From the NCBI GenBank assembly GCA_963766675.1, contig CAVYBA010000002.1, positions 220,624 through 284,623 on the forward strand: DNA of 64,000 bases. The letters are read 5' to 3'. Shown here one piece after another: positions 30,194 through 40,408 of this stretch. The position numbers and the translations under genes are program-made. Source of the DNA: an uncultured Chloroflexia bacterium. Its GTDB lineage: Bacteria > Chloroflexota > Limnocylindria > Limnocylindrales > CSP1-4. The notes under the pieces were generated by a model. That model searched no databases. It saw only the letters and a list, made by a program, of their open reading frames with translations, and was not told the DNA's origin. Within the stretch, counting starts at the first letter, position 1; every line of letters begins with the position of its first letter.

Positions 30194-31312
30194 GTGAAAC
30201 TCTCGGTCATGCAGGAGAACCTGGCACGTGGCCTGTCGGTCGTCAGTCGGGCGGTCTCCAATCGGAGCACGTTGCCGGTGCTGGCCAACGTGCTGCTCAA
30301 GACCGAGGACGCCGGCCTCAAGTTGACGGCGACCAATCTCGAGATCGGGATCACCTATTGGGTGCCCGGCAAGATCGAGACCGATGGCGCCACCACGGTT
30401 CCGGCCAAGCTTCTGACCGATCTCGTCAACTCCCTCCCAGCTGGGGACCGCGTCGACCTGACGCTACAGGCCGGCGACACACTGCATCTCCGCTGTGGTC
30501 GGTTCGAGACGCACATCAAGGGGATCGACGCCGACGAGTTCCCGGCCATCGGTGCGGCCGGCGAACGACCAACCACCCGGATCGCCCAGAACGCGCTGCG
30601 ACGGGCACTCGCCGAAACGGTCTTCGCCGCTGCGTCCGACGAGGCACGGCCGATCCTGACCGGTGTTCTCGCCAAGTTCGAGGGAGACCAGCTGACGCTT
30701 GCGGCCGCCGACAACTACCGGATCGCGGTCAAAACCATCCCGATCCTCGATCCCGTGCCGGAGACGAGCGTCGTCATCCCGGCGCGCGCCCTCGTCGAGC
30801 TGGCCCGCGTGCTGGCCGACGTCGAGGACCCGGTCGAGGTCGTCCTGGCCGGTAGTCGCAACCAGGTCCTGTTCCACCTCGACGGGATCGACCTCGTCAG
30901 CCGCCTCATCGACGGCCAGTTCCCGAACTACCAGCAGGTCGTGCCGCAGACCCACACCACGCGCGCCGTGCTCGATCGCGAGGAACTGCTTCGTGCCGTC
31001 AGGCCGGCGGCGCTGATCGCCCATGAGTCGGCGAATATCGTCAAGCTCGAGGTCGGAGCGGATGGGGAGCCGGGGATCACGGTTTCGGCCAGCGCCGAGG
31101 TGGGCGACCACGTCGGGCAGGTGGAGGCGACGGTCGACGGCGACGGCACGACCATCGCGTTCAACGCCCGCTACCTGGCGGACGTGCTGACCAACGTGAG
31201 TGCGGACCAGTTCGCCCTCGAGTTGAACGGTCCGCTCTCGCCGGGCGTCTTCAAGCCGCTCGGCGACGACCACTACATCCACGTGGTCATGCCCGTCAGG
31301 ACCACCTCCTAG
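30194..31312 (+). CDS. dnaN: DNA polymerase III beta sliding clamp
   Basis: Three-domain clamp. GTG at 30194 gives MKLSVMQENLARGL, matching the canonical N-terminus better than the ORF-track start at 30155. Confidence 0.9.
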   Translation: MKLSVMQENLARGLSVVSRAVSNRSTLPVLANVLLKTEDAGLKLTATNLEIGITYWVPGKIETDGATTVPAKLLTDLVNSLPAGDRVDLTLQAGDTLHLRCGRFETHIKGIDADEFPAIGAAGERPTTRIAQNALRRALAETVFAAASDEARPILTGVLAKFEGDQLTLAAADNYRIAVKTIPILDPVPETSVVIPARALVELARVLADVEDPVEVVLAGSRNQVLFHLDGIDLVSRLIDGQFPNYQQVVPQTHTTRAVLDREELLRAVRPAALIAHESANIVKLEVGADGEPGITVSASAEVGDHVGQVEATVDGDGTTIAFNARYLADVLTNVSADQFALELNGPLSPGVFKPLGDDHYIHVVMPVRTTS

Positions 31313-31354
31313 CCCGTCCAGTTCCGGAGGTCGGTCCGGCCGCCGCCGGTCCGG

Positions 31355-32545
31355 ATGCCACTGCTCGAGACCATCCGTCTGCTCGACCTTCGCGGGTATC
31401 CGTCCCTCGACGTCACCTTTGCGCCCGGACCGCACCTGATCTGGGGACCGAACGCGGCCGGCAAGACGAGCCTGCTCGAGGCGATGGTCCTCCTGGCGTG
31501 GGGCCGGTCGCACAGGACCACGGCGGACGGCGAGTTGATCCGCTGGGGGACGGATCTCGCGCGGGTTGAGGGCCGGGTCGGGCGTGACGTCGTCGAGGTG
31601 GCGGTCGTCCGTTCGGGAGCCAGCGGGGCCGCGGGCCGGAAGCGGATCCGGGTCAATGGCCTCCCCCGTCGGGCGTCCGGCCTTTCCGGGTTGCTCCGGG
31701 TCGTGGTCTTCGCGCCCGAGGAGATGCTGCTCATCGCCGGCTCGCCATCGCTCCGGCGCGCGGTGATCGACCAGCTGGCATCGTCCGCCTCTCCGGCGTA
31801 CGCCGACGCGCTGGCGACCTACGGCCGGACGCTGCAACAGCGCAACAGCCTCCTCCGCGCGATCCGTGAGGAGGGTGCCTCGCGAGACGAGCTGCGCTTC
31901 TGGGACGGTGCCTTCCTTGACTCCGGCGCCGCGATCGTGACCGAGCGCCGCCGGCTGCTGGAGGTGTTGGCCGGACCCCTTGCCGCAGCACACGCCGAGA
32001 TCGCCCCGGACGAGGCCACGACCGCACGGCTTACCCTGGCCTACTCGACCAACGCCCCGGCACACCCCGGAGAGTCGGCTCGGCAGGCCCTTGCTCGGCG
32101 CCTCGCGGAGACCGCCGACAAGGAGGTCTGGAACGGCTCGACGCTGATCGGGCCGCACCGCGACGACCTGGTCTTCGAGCTCGCCGGCCGTGACTTCGCG
32201 AGCTTCGCCTCGCGCGGCCAGCAGCGGACCGCGATCCTCGCGCTCAAGCTGGCCGAGCTTGACGTCCTGACCGAGCTCGACGGTCGACCGCCCTTGCTCC
32301 TCCTCGACGACGTCTTCTCGGAGCTCGATCCGGAACGGCGCTCCCATCTCGTCCGGCGGATCGCGGACCTGCCGCAGGCGTTCGTGACCACCACCACGCT
32401 CGACGACCTCGACCCGGCGCTGCGGGCCATCGCGACCGCCTGGGAGGTCCGGGCCGGGCCGGGTGGTGCCCAGCTCGTCGGCGAGGGCCGCGCGGCCGGC
32501 GGGGCGGGGAGCCCGGGGGCAGCGCTCGGCGAGGCCGCCCGGTGA
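31355..32545 (+). CDS. recF: DNA replication/repair protein RecF
   Basis: Walker A GPNAAGKTSLLEA, signature motif and Walker B. dnaN-recF synteny. Confidence 0.9.
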   Translation: MPLLETIRLLDLRGYPSLDVTFAPGPHLIWGPNAAGKTSLLEAMVLLAWGRSHRTTADGELIRWGTDLARVEGRVGRDVVEVAVVRSGASGAAGRKRIRVNGLPRRASGLSGLLRVVVFAPEEMLLIAGSPSLRRAVIDQLASSASPAYADALATYGRTLQQRNSLLRAIREEGASRDELRFWDGAFLDSGAAIVTERRRLLEVLAGPLAAAHAEIAPDEATTARLTLAYSTNAPAHPGESARQALARRLAETADKEVWNGSTLIGPHRDDLVFELAGRDFASFASRGQQRTAILALKLAELDVLTELDGRPPLLLLDDVFSELDPERRSHLVRRIADLPQAFVTTTTLDDLDPALRAIATAWEVRAGPGGAQLVGEGRAAGGAGSPGAALGEAAR

Positions 32546-32871
32546 CCGCCCGGAGACGGCCGATGGTCCGGCTCGGCGACCTGATCCCGGACGCGGCGCG
32601 GGCGCTCGGCCTCGAGGACGAGCTGCGACTGTCGCGGGCGCTCGCCACCTTCGAGGCGCTCGTCGCGGAGCGAGTCCCGGCGGCCGCTGGTGCTTGCCGG
32701 GTCGTCCGCCTCGACGGCTTCGCGCTGGTCGTGGAGGCCGACGCGCCGATCGTCGCGCAGGAACTCCGGATGCGGGGTCCGGAGCTCCTGGCCGCGTTCG
32801 CCGCGGCTCCCGGCGGCGTTGGTGCGCGCGAGCTGCGCGTCCACGTCCGGCCGGGGGGTCGCCGCGTATAA
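32542..32871 (+). CDS. dciA: DUF721/DciA-like protein (helicase-loader family in Actinobacteria)
   Basis: 109 aa, ATGA-coupled to recF. Position and size match Rv0004/DciA-like genes. Confidence 0.6.
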   Translation: MTARRRPMVRLGDLIPDAARALGLEDELRLSRALATFEALVAERVPAAAGACRVVRLDGFALVVEADAPIVAQELRMRGPELLAAFAAAPGGVGARELRVHVRPGGRRV

Positions 32872-32902
32872 TCCGCCTCCCGCCTGATCACGAAAGGCTC
32901 GG

Positions 32903-35179
32903 ATGGCCGTTCGACTCCAGCTCAAGCTCGGCGTCGTTACCGAGCACGACCGACTCGCCGACTCACCCGACACCCTCGTCGTCGTCGAGCCGAGCGTGGG
33001 TTCGGTGGCGCGTTCCAAAGGGCACCTCTACCTGCTCGTGACGTCCCGGGTCGTCACCCGCCACGCGCTGGAGGCGACCCGCCTGGCCGCCGAGACGATC
33101 CGCAACGAGTACTACTACGACAAATCGGCCGGGATCCGCGTCTGCCTCCAGAAGGCCATCGCGACGGCCAACAAGCGGCTCGCCCACCAGGCCGACCGGC
33201 TCGGACTCAAGACGATCGACGGTGGCGGGCCGATCGGCGTCGGCGTCGCGGTCGTCCGGGCCAACGAGATGTACGTGGCCACGGTCGGGCCGGCCGAGGC
33301 CTACCTGATCCGCCAGGCTCGGCTGTCCACGCTGCCCGACCCGTTCCGCGAACGGGGACTGCCGTCGCCGGACCTCGAGCCCGACGTCTGGCGCGGCGAG
33401 GTGTCGGTCGGCGACTCGCTCGTCCTCATCTCGCCCAACGTGATCGCCAAGCTCGGTGCCGACGAGCTCAAGGACGCGATGCTGACGCTTCATCCGCAGT
33501 CGGCGGTGGAGCACCTCCATCACCGGTTCGTGGCCGCCGACGGGACCGGCAGCGACGGCGCCATCGCGTTCGAGGCGACCGAGGTGTCCTCGACGGCCAA
33601 GGCGAGGACGCTGGTGCCGGTTCGGCCGTCGGCGCCATTGGCCGGCGCTCCGGATCGATCGCCCATCCCGCTGGCCGACAACGTCCAGGCGGCCGGGCTG
33701 GCGGTCAGCACCGCGGCCGGCAATGCCCGGGTGGCGGCCGGCGGCGCCCTCGAGCGGGCGGTCGCCTGGGCCCAGGGACTGATGCCGCGGCGAAAGCCGG
33801 CCTACCGGCGGGTGACCCCGCTCGCCTCCCGTCGCGAGACGCAGCGCCGGGCCGCGCTCGCGGCGCTGGCGCTGATCGTCGTCGTCGGCGGTCTCGGACT
33901 GGGTGTCTACCTGTTCGGTGGCAACAACACGCCGGAGGAGGCCATCAGCTCAGTCGCGGCCGGCCAGCGGGCGATCGACACCGCAACGGCGGACCTGGCC
34001 AAGGTCACCGGACCCGGGATCGACCTGATCGCCGACGATCCCCAGCAGGCCCTCCAGCTGCTCAGCGACGCCTACCGTCAGCTCGACGCGGCGACCGCGG
34101 CCGACGTCAGCGAATCGGTCGTCGCACCGCTCCGCCAGCGGACCCTGGCCGGGCTCGACCGGCTGTACGGGGTGGTCCCCGTGAAGTCGACCACGTTGTT
34201 CACCTTCGCCCCGGCCGACGGCGCGGCCCCGATCGATCTGCGGGCGATGGTTCGCGGCCCGGACGGCGTGCCGTACGTGATCGACCGCTCGACCAAGGCG
34301 GTCTACCGCGTCGACCTCAACACGAAGAAGGCGACGCTCGTCGCGAAATCCGGCCAGAAGGCGAGCGGCGGGACGGTCTCCACGCCGCGGTTCCTGACCG
34401 TCGGCGGGCCGGACCTGCTGATCCTCGACGCCAAGAACCAACTGTGGCGCTGGCGACCGGCCGATACGAAGGGCAAGGGCACGCTGGTCAAGGTCAACGT
34501 CAAGGGATCGACCTCGTGGGGCAGCGACATCCTCGGCATCGCGACCTTCCTGCGCGACCAGTCGCGCGGTCTGTACAACCTCTACGTCGTGGATCCCAGC
34601 GAACAACAGATCGAGGCCTACTCGCCGGCCGCGGACGGCAACGGCTTCCCCGCGGCACCGACGGCCTGGCTGGCGACCGCCCGTGACGTGACCGGGATGA
34701 CCTCGATCTACGTCGATGGCGACCTGTTCGCGGCCGACGGCGGCGCGCTGGACCGGTTCGTATCCGGCAAGAACGACGGGTGGGACGCCGCCGCCCCGGA
34801 CGACACGCTGTTGCGTCCCGCGCCGACCTATTCCATCGTCGCGGGGGGCACCGAACGGCGGGTCGGCGACCTGTACGCCTTCGACAAGGCGAACAACCGG
34901 ATCGTGGCGATCGGCAAGACGGATGGCGCCTACCACGCCCAGTACCGGCTGGCCGGCGGGCTGACCGACTGGTCGGACCTGCGAGCGATGTACGTGGTCC
35001 CGGGTGTCGAGCTGGCACCGGCGACGATCGTCTGGCTGTCGCGGGACGGGCTCCACCAGGCGCCCCTCGATCCCGTGGCGGACAACCCACCGTCGAGCTC
35101 GCCGTCGTCCTCACCCGGATCCGGCGCGTCGTCGAGCCCCGCGGCCGGCGGGTCCGCATCCCCGGCGCCGTCGTCCTAG
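32903..35179 (+). CDS. Bitopic membrane protein with a cytoplasmic PP2C-like (PPM-fold) N-domain, a single TM, an extracytoplasmic beta-propeller-like repeat domain, and a Ser/Pro-rich tail
   Basis: 758 aa. TM ALAALALIVVVGGLGLGVYLF at ~aa 330. C-terminal repeats (VYRVDLNTKKATLV; LWRWRPADTKGKGTLVKV; LYNLYVVDPSEQQIEAY; LYAFDKANNRIVAIGK). Tail SSSPSSSPGSGASSSPAAGGSASPAPSS. Confidence 0.55.
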   Translation: MAVRLQLKLGVVTEHDRLADSPDTLVVVEPSVGSVARSKGHLYLLVTSRVVTRHALEATRLAAETIRNEYYYDKSAGIRVCLQKAIATANKRLAHQADRLGLKTIDGGGPIGVGVAVVRANEMYVATVGPAEAYLIRQARLSTLPDPFRERGLPSPDLEPDVWRGEVSVGDSLVLISPNVIAKLGADELKDAMLTLHPQSAVEHLHHRFVAADGTGSDGAIAFEATEVSSTAKARTLVPVRPSAPLAGAPDRSPIPLADNVQAAGLAVSTAAGNARVAAGGALERAVAWAQGLMPRRKPAYRRVTPLASRRETQRRAALAALALIVVVGGLGLGVYLFGGNNTPEEAISSVAAGQRAIDTATADLAKVTGPGIDLIADDPQQALQLLSDAYRQLDAATAADVSESVVAPLRQRTLAGLDRLYGVVPVKSTTLFTFAPADGAAPIDLRAMVRGPDGVPYVIDRSTKAVYRVDLNTKKATLVAKSGQKASGGTVSTPRFLTVGGPDLLILDAKNQLWRWRPADTKGKGTLVKVNVKGSTSWGSDILGIATFLRDQSRGLYNLYVVDPSEQQIEAYSPAADGNGFPAAPTAWLATARDVTGMTSIYVDGDLFAADGGALDRFVSGKNDGWDAAAPDDTLLRPAPTYSIVAGGTERRVGDLYAFDKANNRIVAIGKTDGAYHAQYRLAGGLTDWSDLRAMYVVPGVELAPATIVWLSRDGLHQAPLDPVADNPPSSSPSSSPGSGASSSPAAGGSASPAPSS

Positions 35180-35198
35180 CCGTGACCCGCCGGGCGTC

Positions 35199-35909
35199 GT
35201 GATCCCCCTCCGCGACGCCAACCCGACGAGACGCTCGGCGATCGTGACCCCGGCGATCGTCATCGCCTGCTGCGTCGCATTCGCGTGGGAGCTCGGTCTC
35301 GGCGCCGGGTCGGGTGACGCCGCACTGAACCGGCTGATCCTCGATTGGGGCGTGGTCCCGGCCCGGCTGAGCGATGCCTGGGGGCACGCAGACTTCGTGT
35401 CGACGGACACCGCCACGCTGGTGACCAGCCAGTTCCTGCACGGCGGCTGGCTCCATCTGCTCGGCAACATGCTCTACCTGTGGATCTTCGGGAACAATGT
35501 CGAGGACCGGCTCGGACGGCTCGGTTTCCTGGGCTTCTACCTGATCGGCGGCGTCGCCGCCGCGGTCGCCCAGGTCGCCGTCGATCCGACGTCCGGTGCG
35601 CCCACGATCGGCGCATCGGGGGCGATCGCGGCGACGCTCGGCGCCTACATCGTCCTGTTCCCCCGGGCGCGGGTGACGTCGCTGATCTTCCTCGGGTTCT
35701 TCTACCAGCTGTTGAACATCCCGGCGGTCGTCGTCCTCGGCTTCTGGTTCGTCCTCCAGCTCGTCGACGGGTTCGCTTCGCTCGGGGTGGCCCAGTCGGG
35801 GGGCGTCGCGTTCTTCGCGCACATCGGCGGGTTCGTGTTCGGGGCGCTGGTGGGGTTCGCCGCGCGCAACAGCCCGCTCGGGCCGGCTGCCCGGCCAGGC
35901 GTGGGATAA
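35199..35909 (+). CDS. Rhomboid-family intramembrane serine protease
   Basis: Catalytic GASGAI and AHIGG motifs, six TM helices. GTG start chosen after the upstream stop. Confidence 0.85.
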   Translation: MIPLRDANPTRRSAIVTPAIVIACCVAFAWELGLGAGSGDAALNRLILDWGVVPARLSDAWGHADFVSTDTATLVTSQFLHGGWLHLLGNMLYLWIFGNNVEDRLGRLGFLGFYLIGGVAAAVAQVAVDPTSGAPTIGASGAIAATLGAYIVLFPRARVTSLIFLGFFYQLLNIPAVVVLGFWFVLQLVDGFASLGVAQSGGVAFFAHIGGFVFGALVGFAARNSPLGPAARPGVG

Positions 35910-35916
35910 TCCGGCG

Positions 35917-36468
35917 ATGGACGACGAGCTCGTCGAGATGCAGGTCGAGAGCGTCCGCGTGCACATGCTCTCGAACCGCCACGTCGTGATCCTCAAGCAG
36001 GCCGACCGCGATCGCTACCTGCCGATCTGGATCGGACCGTGGGAGGCGAGCTCGATCGCGATGAAGCTCCAGGGCCTCACCCCCGAGCGGCCCCTGACCC
36101 ACGACCTGTTTGCGACCACGCTCGAGGAGCTCGGCGCCGAGATCGACCGGGTCATCATCTCCGAGCTGGCCGAAGAAACCTTCCACGCACGCATCCTGTT
36201 CGATCGAGACGGCCGCACGGTGGAAGTCGACGCCCGGCCGTCCGACGCGCTCGCGCTGGCGGTCCGGACCGGAGTCCGGATCTTCGCCTCGGTGGCCGTG
36301 CTCGAGCAGGCGGCCCTCGGCGCCGACGGCGGCCTGGGCGACGAGGGCGAGGAGGGATCGACGCTCGAATCGATCGGCGAGGGGATCGTCGACCCGCGCC
36401 TCGACGTCTTCCGCGACTTCGTCAACTCGCTCGATGTCGGACCCGAGGGCGAGGGCCGAGGCAGCTAG
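35917..36468 (+). CDS. Bifunctional nuclease family protein (BFN/DUF151)
   Basis: HVVILKQADRDRYLPIWIGPWEASSIAMKL...FHARILF. Confidence 0.7.
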   Translation: MDDELVEMQVESVRVHMLSNRHVVILKQADRDRYLPIWIGPWEASSIAMKLQGLTPERPLTHDLFATTLEELGAEIDRVIISELAEETFHARILFDRDGRTVEVDARPSDALALAVRTGVRIFASVAVLEQAALGADGGLGDEGEEGSTLESIGEGIVDPRLDVFRDFVNSLDVGPEGEGRGS

Positions 36469-37287
36469 CCCAGGATCGGCGCCCCGCGACGGAGTCCGGC
36501 GGACCGGCTCGCCCACATCCGGAGGCGGAGCCACCAGAAGTCCCGGACCGCGCGAAACACGACGGAGGGCCTGGCGCCGGTCGCCGATCCGGCCGTGCGC
36601 GGGTAATGGGGAACGCCCACCTCGGCAACCGTCGAGCCCTGGGCCTGCAGCTTGATGAGGAGCTCGGCCGAGAAGAACGCGCCGCCCGATTCGACCCGGA
36701 TCGGTTCGAGGGCGGAACGCCTGAACAGCTTGCAGGCGCAGTCGACGTCGGTGACGCGCAGGCCGAAGAACATCCGGTTGGCGAGGCGATAGGCACGGGC
36801 GTAGAGCGTCCGGACGAGCGGATCGGCGCGCTTGATCCGGAAGCCCACGACGACGTCCGGCGCATCGGCGGCGGCCAGGCGGGCCGTGAGCCGGCCGAGA
36901 TCCGCGACCCTGAACTGGCGATCACCGTCGGTGAACGCGACCAGATCGTATTGGGCGGCCGCGAACCCGGATCGGAGGGCTGCCCCGTACCCGAGGTTGA
37001 CCGGGTGGCGGACCAGCCGCACGACGCCGGGATGCCTGTCGGACAGGGCCTCGGCGAGGCTCGCCGTGGCGTCGCGCGAGCCATCATCGATGGCGATGAT
37101 CTCGAACGCGTCGGCCAGCGCCGGCAGCTCCGCCAGCGCCTCGTTCACCAGGCCCTCGAGGTTGGCCTCCTCGTTGTGGGCCGGGAAGAAGTAGGACAGG
37201 CGTGGCACGCGGGTGGATGGCCCGACCGTTGCGTCGTCCGCGGTCGCAGACGCGTCGTTCCCGGGCGTCCCGCTCGTGGCGCTCACG
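36465..37287 (-). CDS. GT2 polyprenol-phosphate glycosyl (mannose/glucose) synthase-like protein
   Basis: GT-A motifs (YFFPAHNEE, IIAIDDGSRD, FTDGDRQF). Dolichol-P-mannose-synthase-like size (274 aa). Confidence 0.8.
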
Positions 37288-38896
37288 ACCCGGCCGCGCG
37301 GCGGGCGACCACCAGGGTCAGGTCGTACCCGACGGCGCCGTCGACGGGCTGGAGCTCGTACTCCGCGACCAGCCGGGCGACGTCGGCGGGGTCCGAGCGG
37401 ATCACGTAGACGGGCCGGATCCCGAGGTTGGCGTCGATCACGTCGGTGAAGTCTCCAAGTCCTTCGTCGAGCCGCGTCCGATCGTCCACGATGGTCAGGT
37501 CGGGTCTCCGTCCTTCGACGCGCTGTGCATACCATAGCGGCGTGGAGTAGCTCCACCAGCTGACCACGACTGCGTTGCGCGCCACGAGGCCGAGGACGTG
37601 GTCCGTCCAGTCCGACGCGGACCGGTCGGCGCTCTCGTCGACCGCGGCCAGCCGGGTCGGCGCGGCCAGCACGCTCGGGGCGAGCAGCACGGCAGCCAGG
37701 ATCAGCGCGATCGCCGCCCCGATCCGTCCGGTCCGCCCCGGGCCGGCCGGGTCCGTGGGGCCGGCCGGTCGCCGGCCCGCGATCGGGCCGACCGCGGCCG
37801 CGAGCCACTGCGAGAGCCAGGCCACAAGCATCGCGAGCCACACCCACGCGATCAGGATCGGGCCAAGGTAGTAGCGGTCGATGTCGGCGTTGTCGTAGGA
37901 CGCCGCGAAGAAGCACGTCAGGGCCAGCGAAACGCCGGTCAGCAGCGCAAACCGCGGGCGTCGGCGGACGGTCACGACGAACCCGAACGGGATCAGCGCG
38001 GCCAACGGTCCGAGCTGGTCGACGGAACGCCCGATCAGGTCGCCAACCTTGCTCGGCAGGTCGCCGAACGGATCGACCAGGCTGCCCTGGAACTGCTGGC
38101 CGAGGGCGACGTACCAGAACCCGTCCCAGGTCTCGGGCCGTCCGTAGACCAGGGCCGCCCGGAAGGGTCCGGCGCGGAGCGGCAGCTCCAGGTAGACGGC
38201 GGAGGCGGCGACGACGAGCGCGGCGAGGCAGGCCAGGACGAGGCGGCGGCGCTGTCGGATCGTCGGGGTCGACCGCGTAGACGAAGAGGCCGACCGCGGG
38301 CGCTACCAGCAGGATCAGCGAGTGGGTGCCAACGGGCGAGCCCGAACACCGCCGCCGCCGCGACGAGATAGCGGTCGCCGAGGTCCCCGGCCTCGCGGCC
38401 GTGGCTGCGAACGCCCGGTGTCGCATCGTCCTCCCAGCGGACCCGCGTCTCCCAGGCGAGCAGGAGTCGCAGGAGGACGACGACCAGCACGAGGTACAGG
38501 GCGTGCGCATCGGCATGGGTGCCGATCGACCAGGCGATCGGCGTCAGCGCCAGGCCCAGGCCCGCCACGAAGCCGAGGGCCGTCGAGCGGGTCAGGGCTC
38601 GCACGAGGTCCACGGTCAGGCCAGCGGCGACGGCCAGGCAGATCGCCGACAGGAGGTTCATCCGGAAGGCCGGCTCGCCGAAGGGCTGGAGCACGACCGA
38701 CGCCAGCCAGCCGAGGATCACGTAGGTCGGGAATCCCGTCGGATGCGCGGTGCCCAGGAGCGGGCCGACGGTCTGCAGCTCGCCGGTATCCCAGAACGCC
38801 ACGCCCGGGCAGCAACGCGGCGTGCGCCGCCCCGAATACCGCGACCGCGGCCAGGACTGGCGGACCCAGGCCGAGCCACAGGGTGCGCCTCACCAT
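37283..38896 (-). pseudogene. DUF2723 (TMEM260-like, GT-C O-mannosyltransferase-like) protein disrupted by at least two frameshifts
   Basis: N-terminus MVRRTLWLGLGPPVLAAVAVFGAAHAALLPGRG (frame 2). Then AFWDTGELQTVGPLLGTAHPTGFPTYVILG (WDxGE and HPxGYP motifs, frame 0). Then the C-terminal TM/periplasmic part incl. SWWSYSTPLWYAQRVEGRRPDLTIVDD (frame 1). Total length (~538 aa) fits a single gene. Confidence 0.65.
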
Positions 38897-40310
38897 CCCA
38901 GCAGCCGGCTCCAGGCGACGCCCCACAGGTTGACGGCGATCGAGACCACGAGCAGCCCGGCCGCCACCGCCGTGCCGCCCCGCCATCGGTCGATCGCGCG
39001 TTCCGCCCCGATCGCGACCAGGGGCACGGCGAAGGGCGCCGAATCCAGGCTGAACCGATAGCCGAACTGGACCCAGCCCTGGCTGAAGTGCATCAGGTTG
39101 ACGAGCGTGACCAGGATCACCGCGACGAGGGCCCCGGCCACCAGCCGGCTGCGTCCGACTCGGCCGAGGACAGGGATCGCCAGGAGATAGGCGGGGCTGG
39201 TCAGGATCGGGCTCATGCCGACGTCGCGCGGCACCGCGAGCGGACACGCAAGGTCGAACAGGCCGCGGACCGCGCCCGGGTCGGTACAGACCGCGACGGG
39301 CTGCAAGGCCAGGCTGTCGGGGAGGAACCGTGGCAGCACGTCGGGCAGCCCGAACAGCGCGACTCCCACGTTCTGGACGAGATAGCGGGGATCCTCCATG
39401 GACCAGTCGGGGTGGTAGCCGAGGGCCGGGTAGCCATTCGCCTCGAGGGCGTACAGGTAGTCGTAGGCCGGATGGAAGACGTGACCCGTGGTCACCAGGT
39501 TGTAGGCGACGAGCAGTCCGATCGGCAGCGCAGCGCCGATGCCCGCCGACCAGGCACGCCGCCGCCACCCGCCGCCCGATCCGACCAGGACGAGGAATGG
39601 CGCCGCGAACACCACGGTCAGCCGCGCGGTGCAGGCCAGCCCGAACAGGAGCCCCGCGACGAACTGTCGCCGGTCGACGCGCAGGCGAGTCAACAGCCGG
39701 CGGCCGCCGATCCCGCCGCCCCCGGTTTCAACCGGTCGCGCTCGCGGATCGACCGGCCGGACGACGAGCTCTGGCCCTTCGTCGCCGCGGAGGGCCACCC
39801 CGACCGCCAGTAGACCGAGCCCGACCGCCAGGATATGGGCCTGGTACCAGGTCGTCGCCACCTGCGCCGTGTACCAGAAGACGGTACCGATCGCGAGGAA
39901 GAGCGTCGTCGCCAAGCCGCACCACCGGCCGAACCTGCAGGGCGCCCAACATCCACCAGCAGATCGCAACGTCGATCGCCGCGAGGATCGTGAAGATGGT
40001 CTGGGCGTCGGTGGCCAGGCCCCACAGCGCCACGAACGGCAACAGGACGACCGCGGGCAACGGCGGGAACGGCAGCAGACCGCGGGCGACGCCGTCGGTC
40101 GTGGCGACCGGCAGGACGTCCTGGAAGTAGGCGTTGCCGTGGAGGGCACCACTCGCTTCGACCGGGTAACGGATCGCCGCATGGCCCTCCAGGAAGGCGG
40201 CCGCCTGCCAGACGAAGTGGTCGTAGTAGCGATCGGTCCGGGTGACGAGGTAGATCGCCATGGCGCCGAGCGCCAGCAGCAGACCAACGAGGACGGACAT
40301 CCAGCGGGCC
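38890..40310 (-). pseudogene. ArnT/COG1807-like GT-C membrane glycosyltransferase with a frameshift near 39920-39940
   Basis: N-terminus MSVLVGLLLALGAMAIYLVTRTDRYYDHFVWQAAAFLEGH (ArnT-like D-x-RYY motif after TM1) in one frame. The remainder (TTLFLAIGTVFWYTAQV...multi-TM...NLWGVAWSRLLGW*) is in the next frame. Confidence 0.6.
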
Positions 40311-40408
40311 GTGCGAGGGTCCGGCCAGGGGCTCGTGTCGGGGTCCGGCCGGCCGCCCTGTGCTACGCTCCGATCCACCTTCCACGCTCGTGCAGGAGCC
40401 GTTTCCCG

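Noticed and set aside
31355-35179. Expected gyrB/gyrA downstream of recF-dciA
   Set aside because: Not present. The region instead encodes a bitopic membrane protein, a rhomboid and a BFN nuclease. No GHKL/toprim motifs in any frame.
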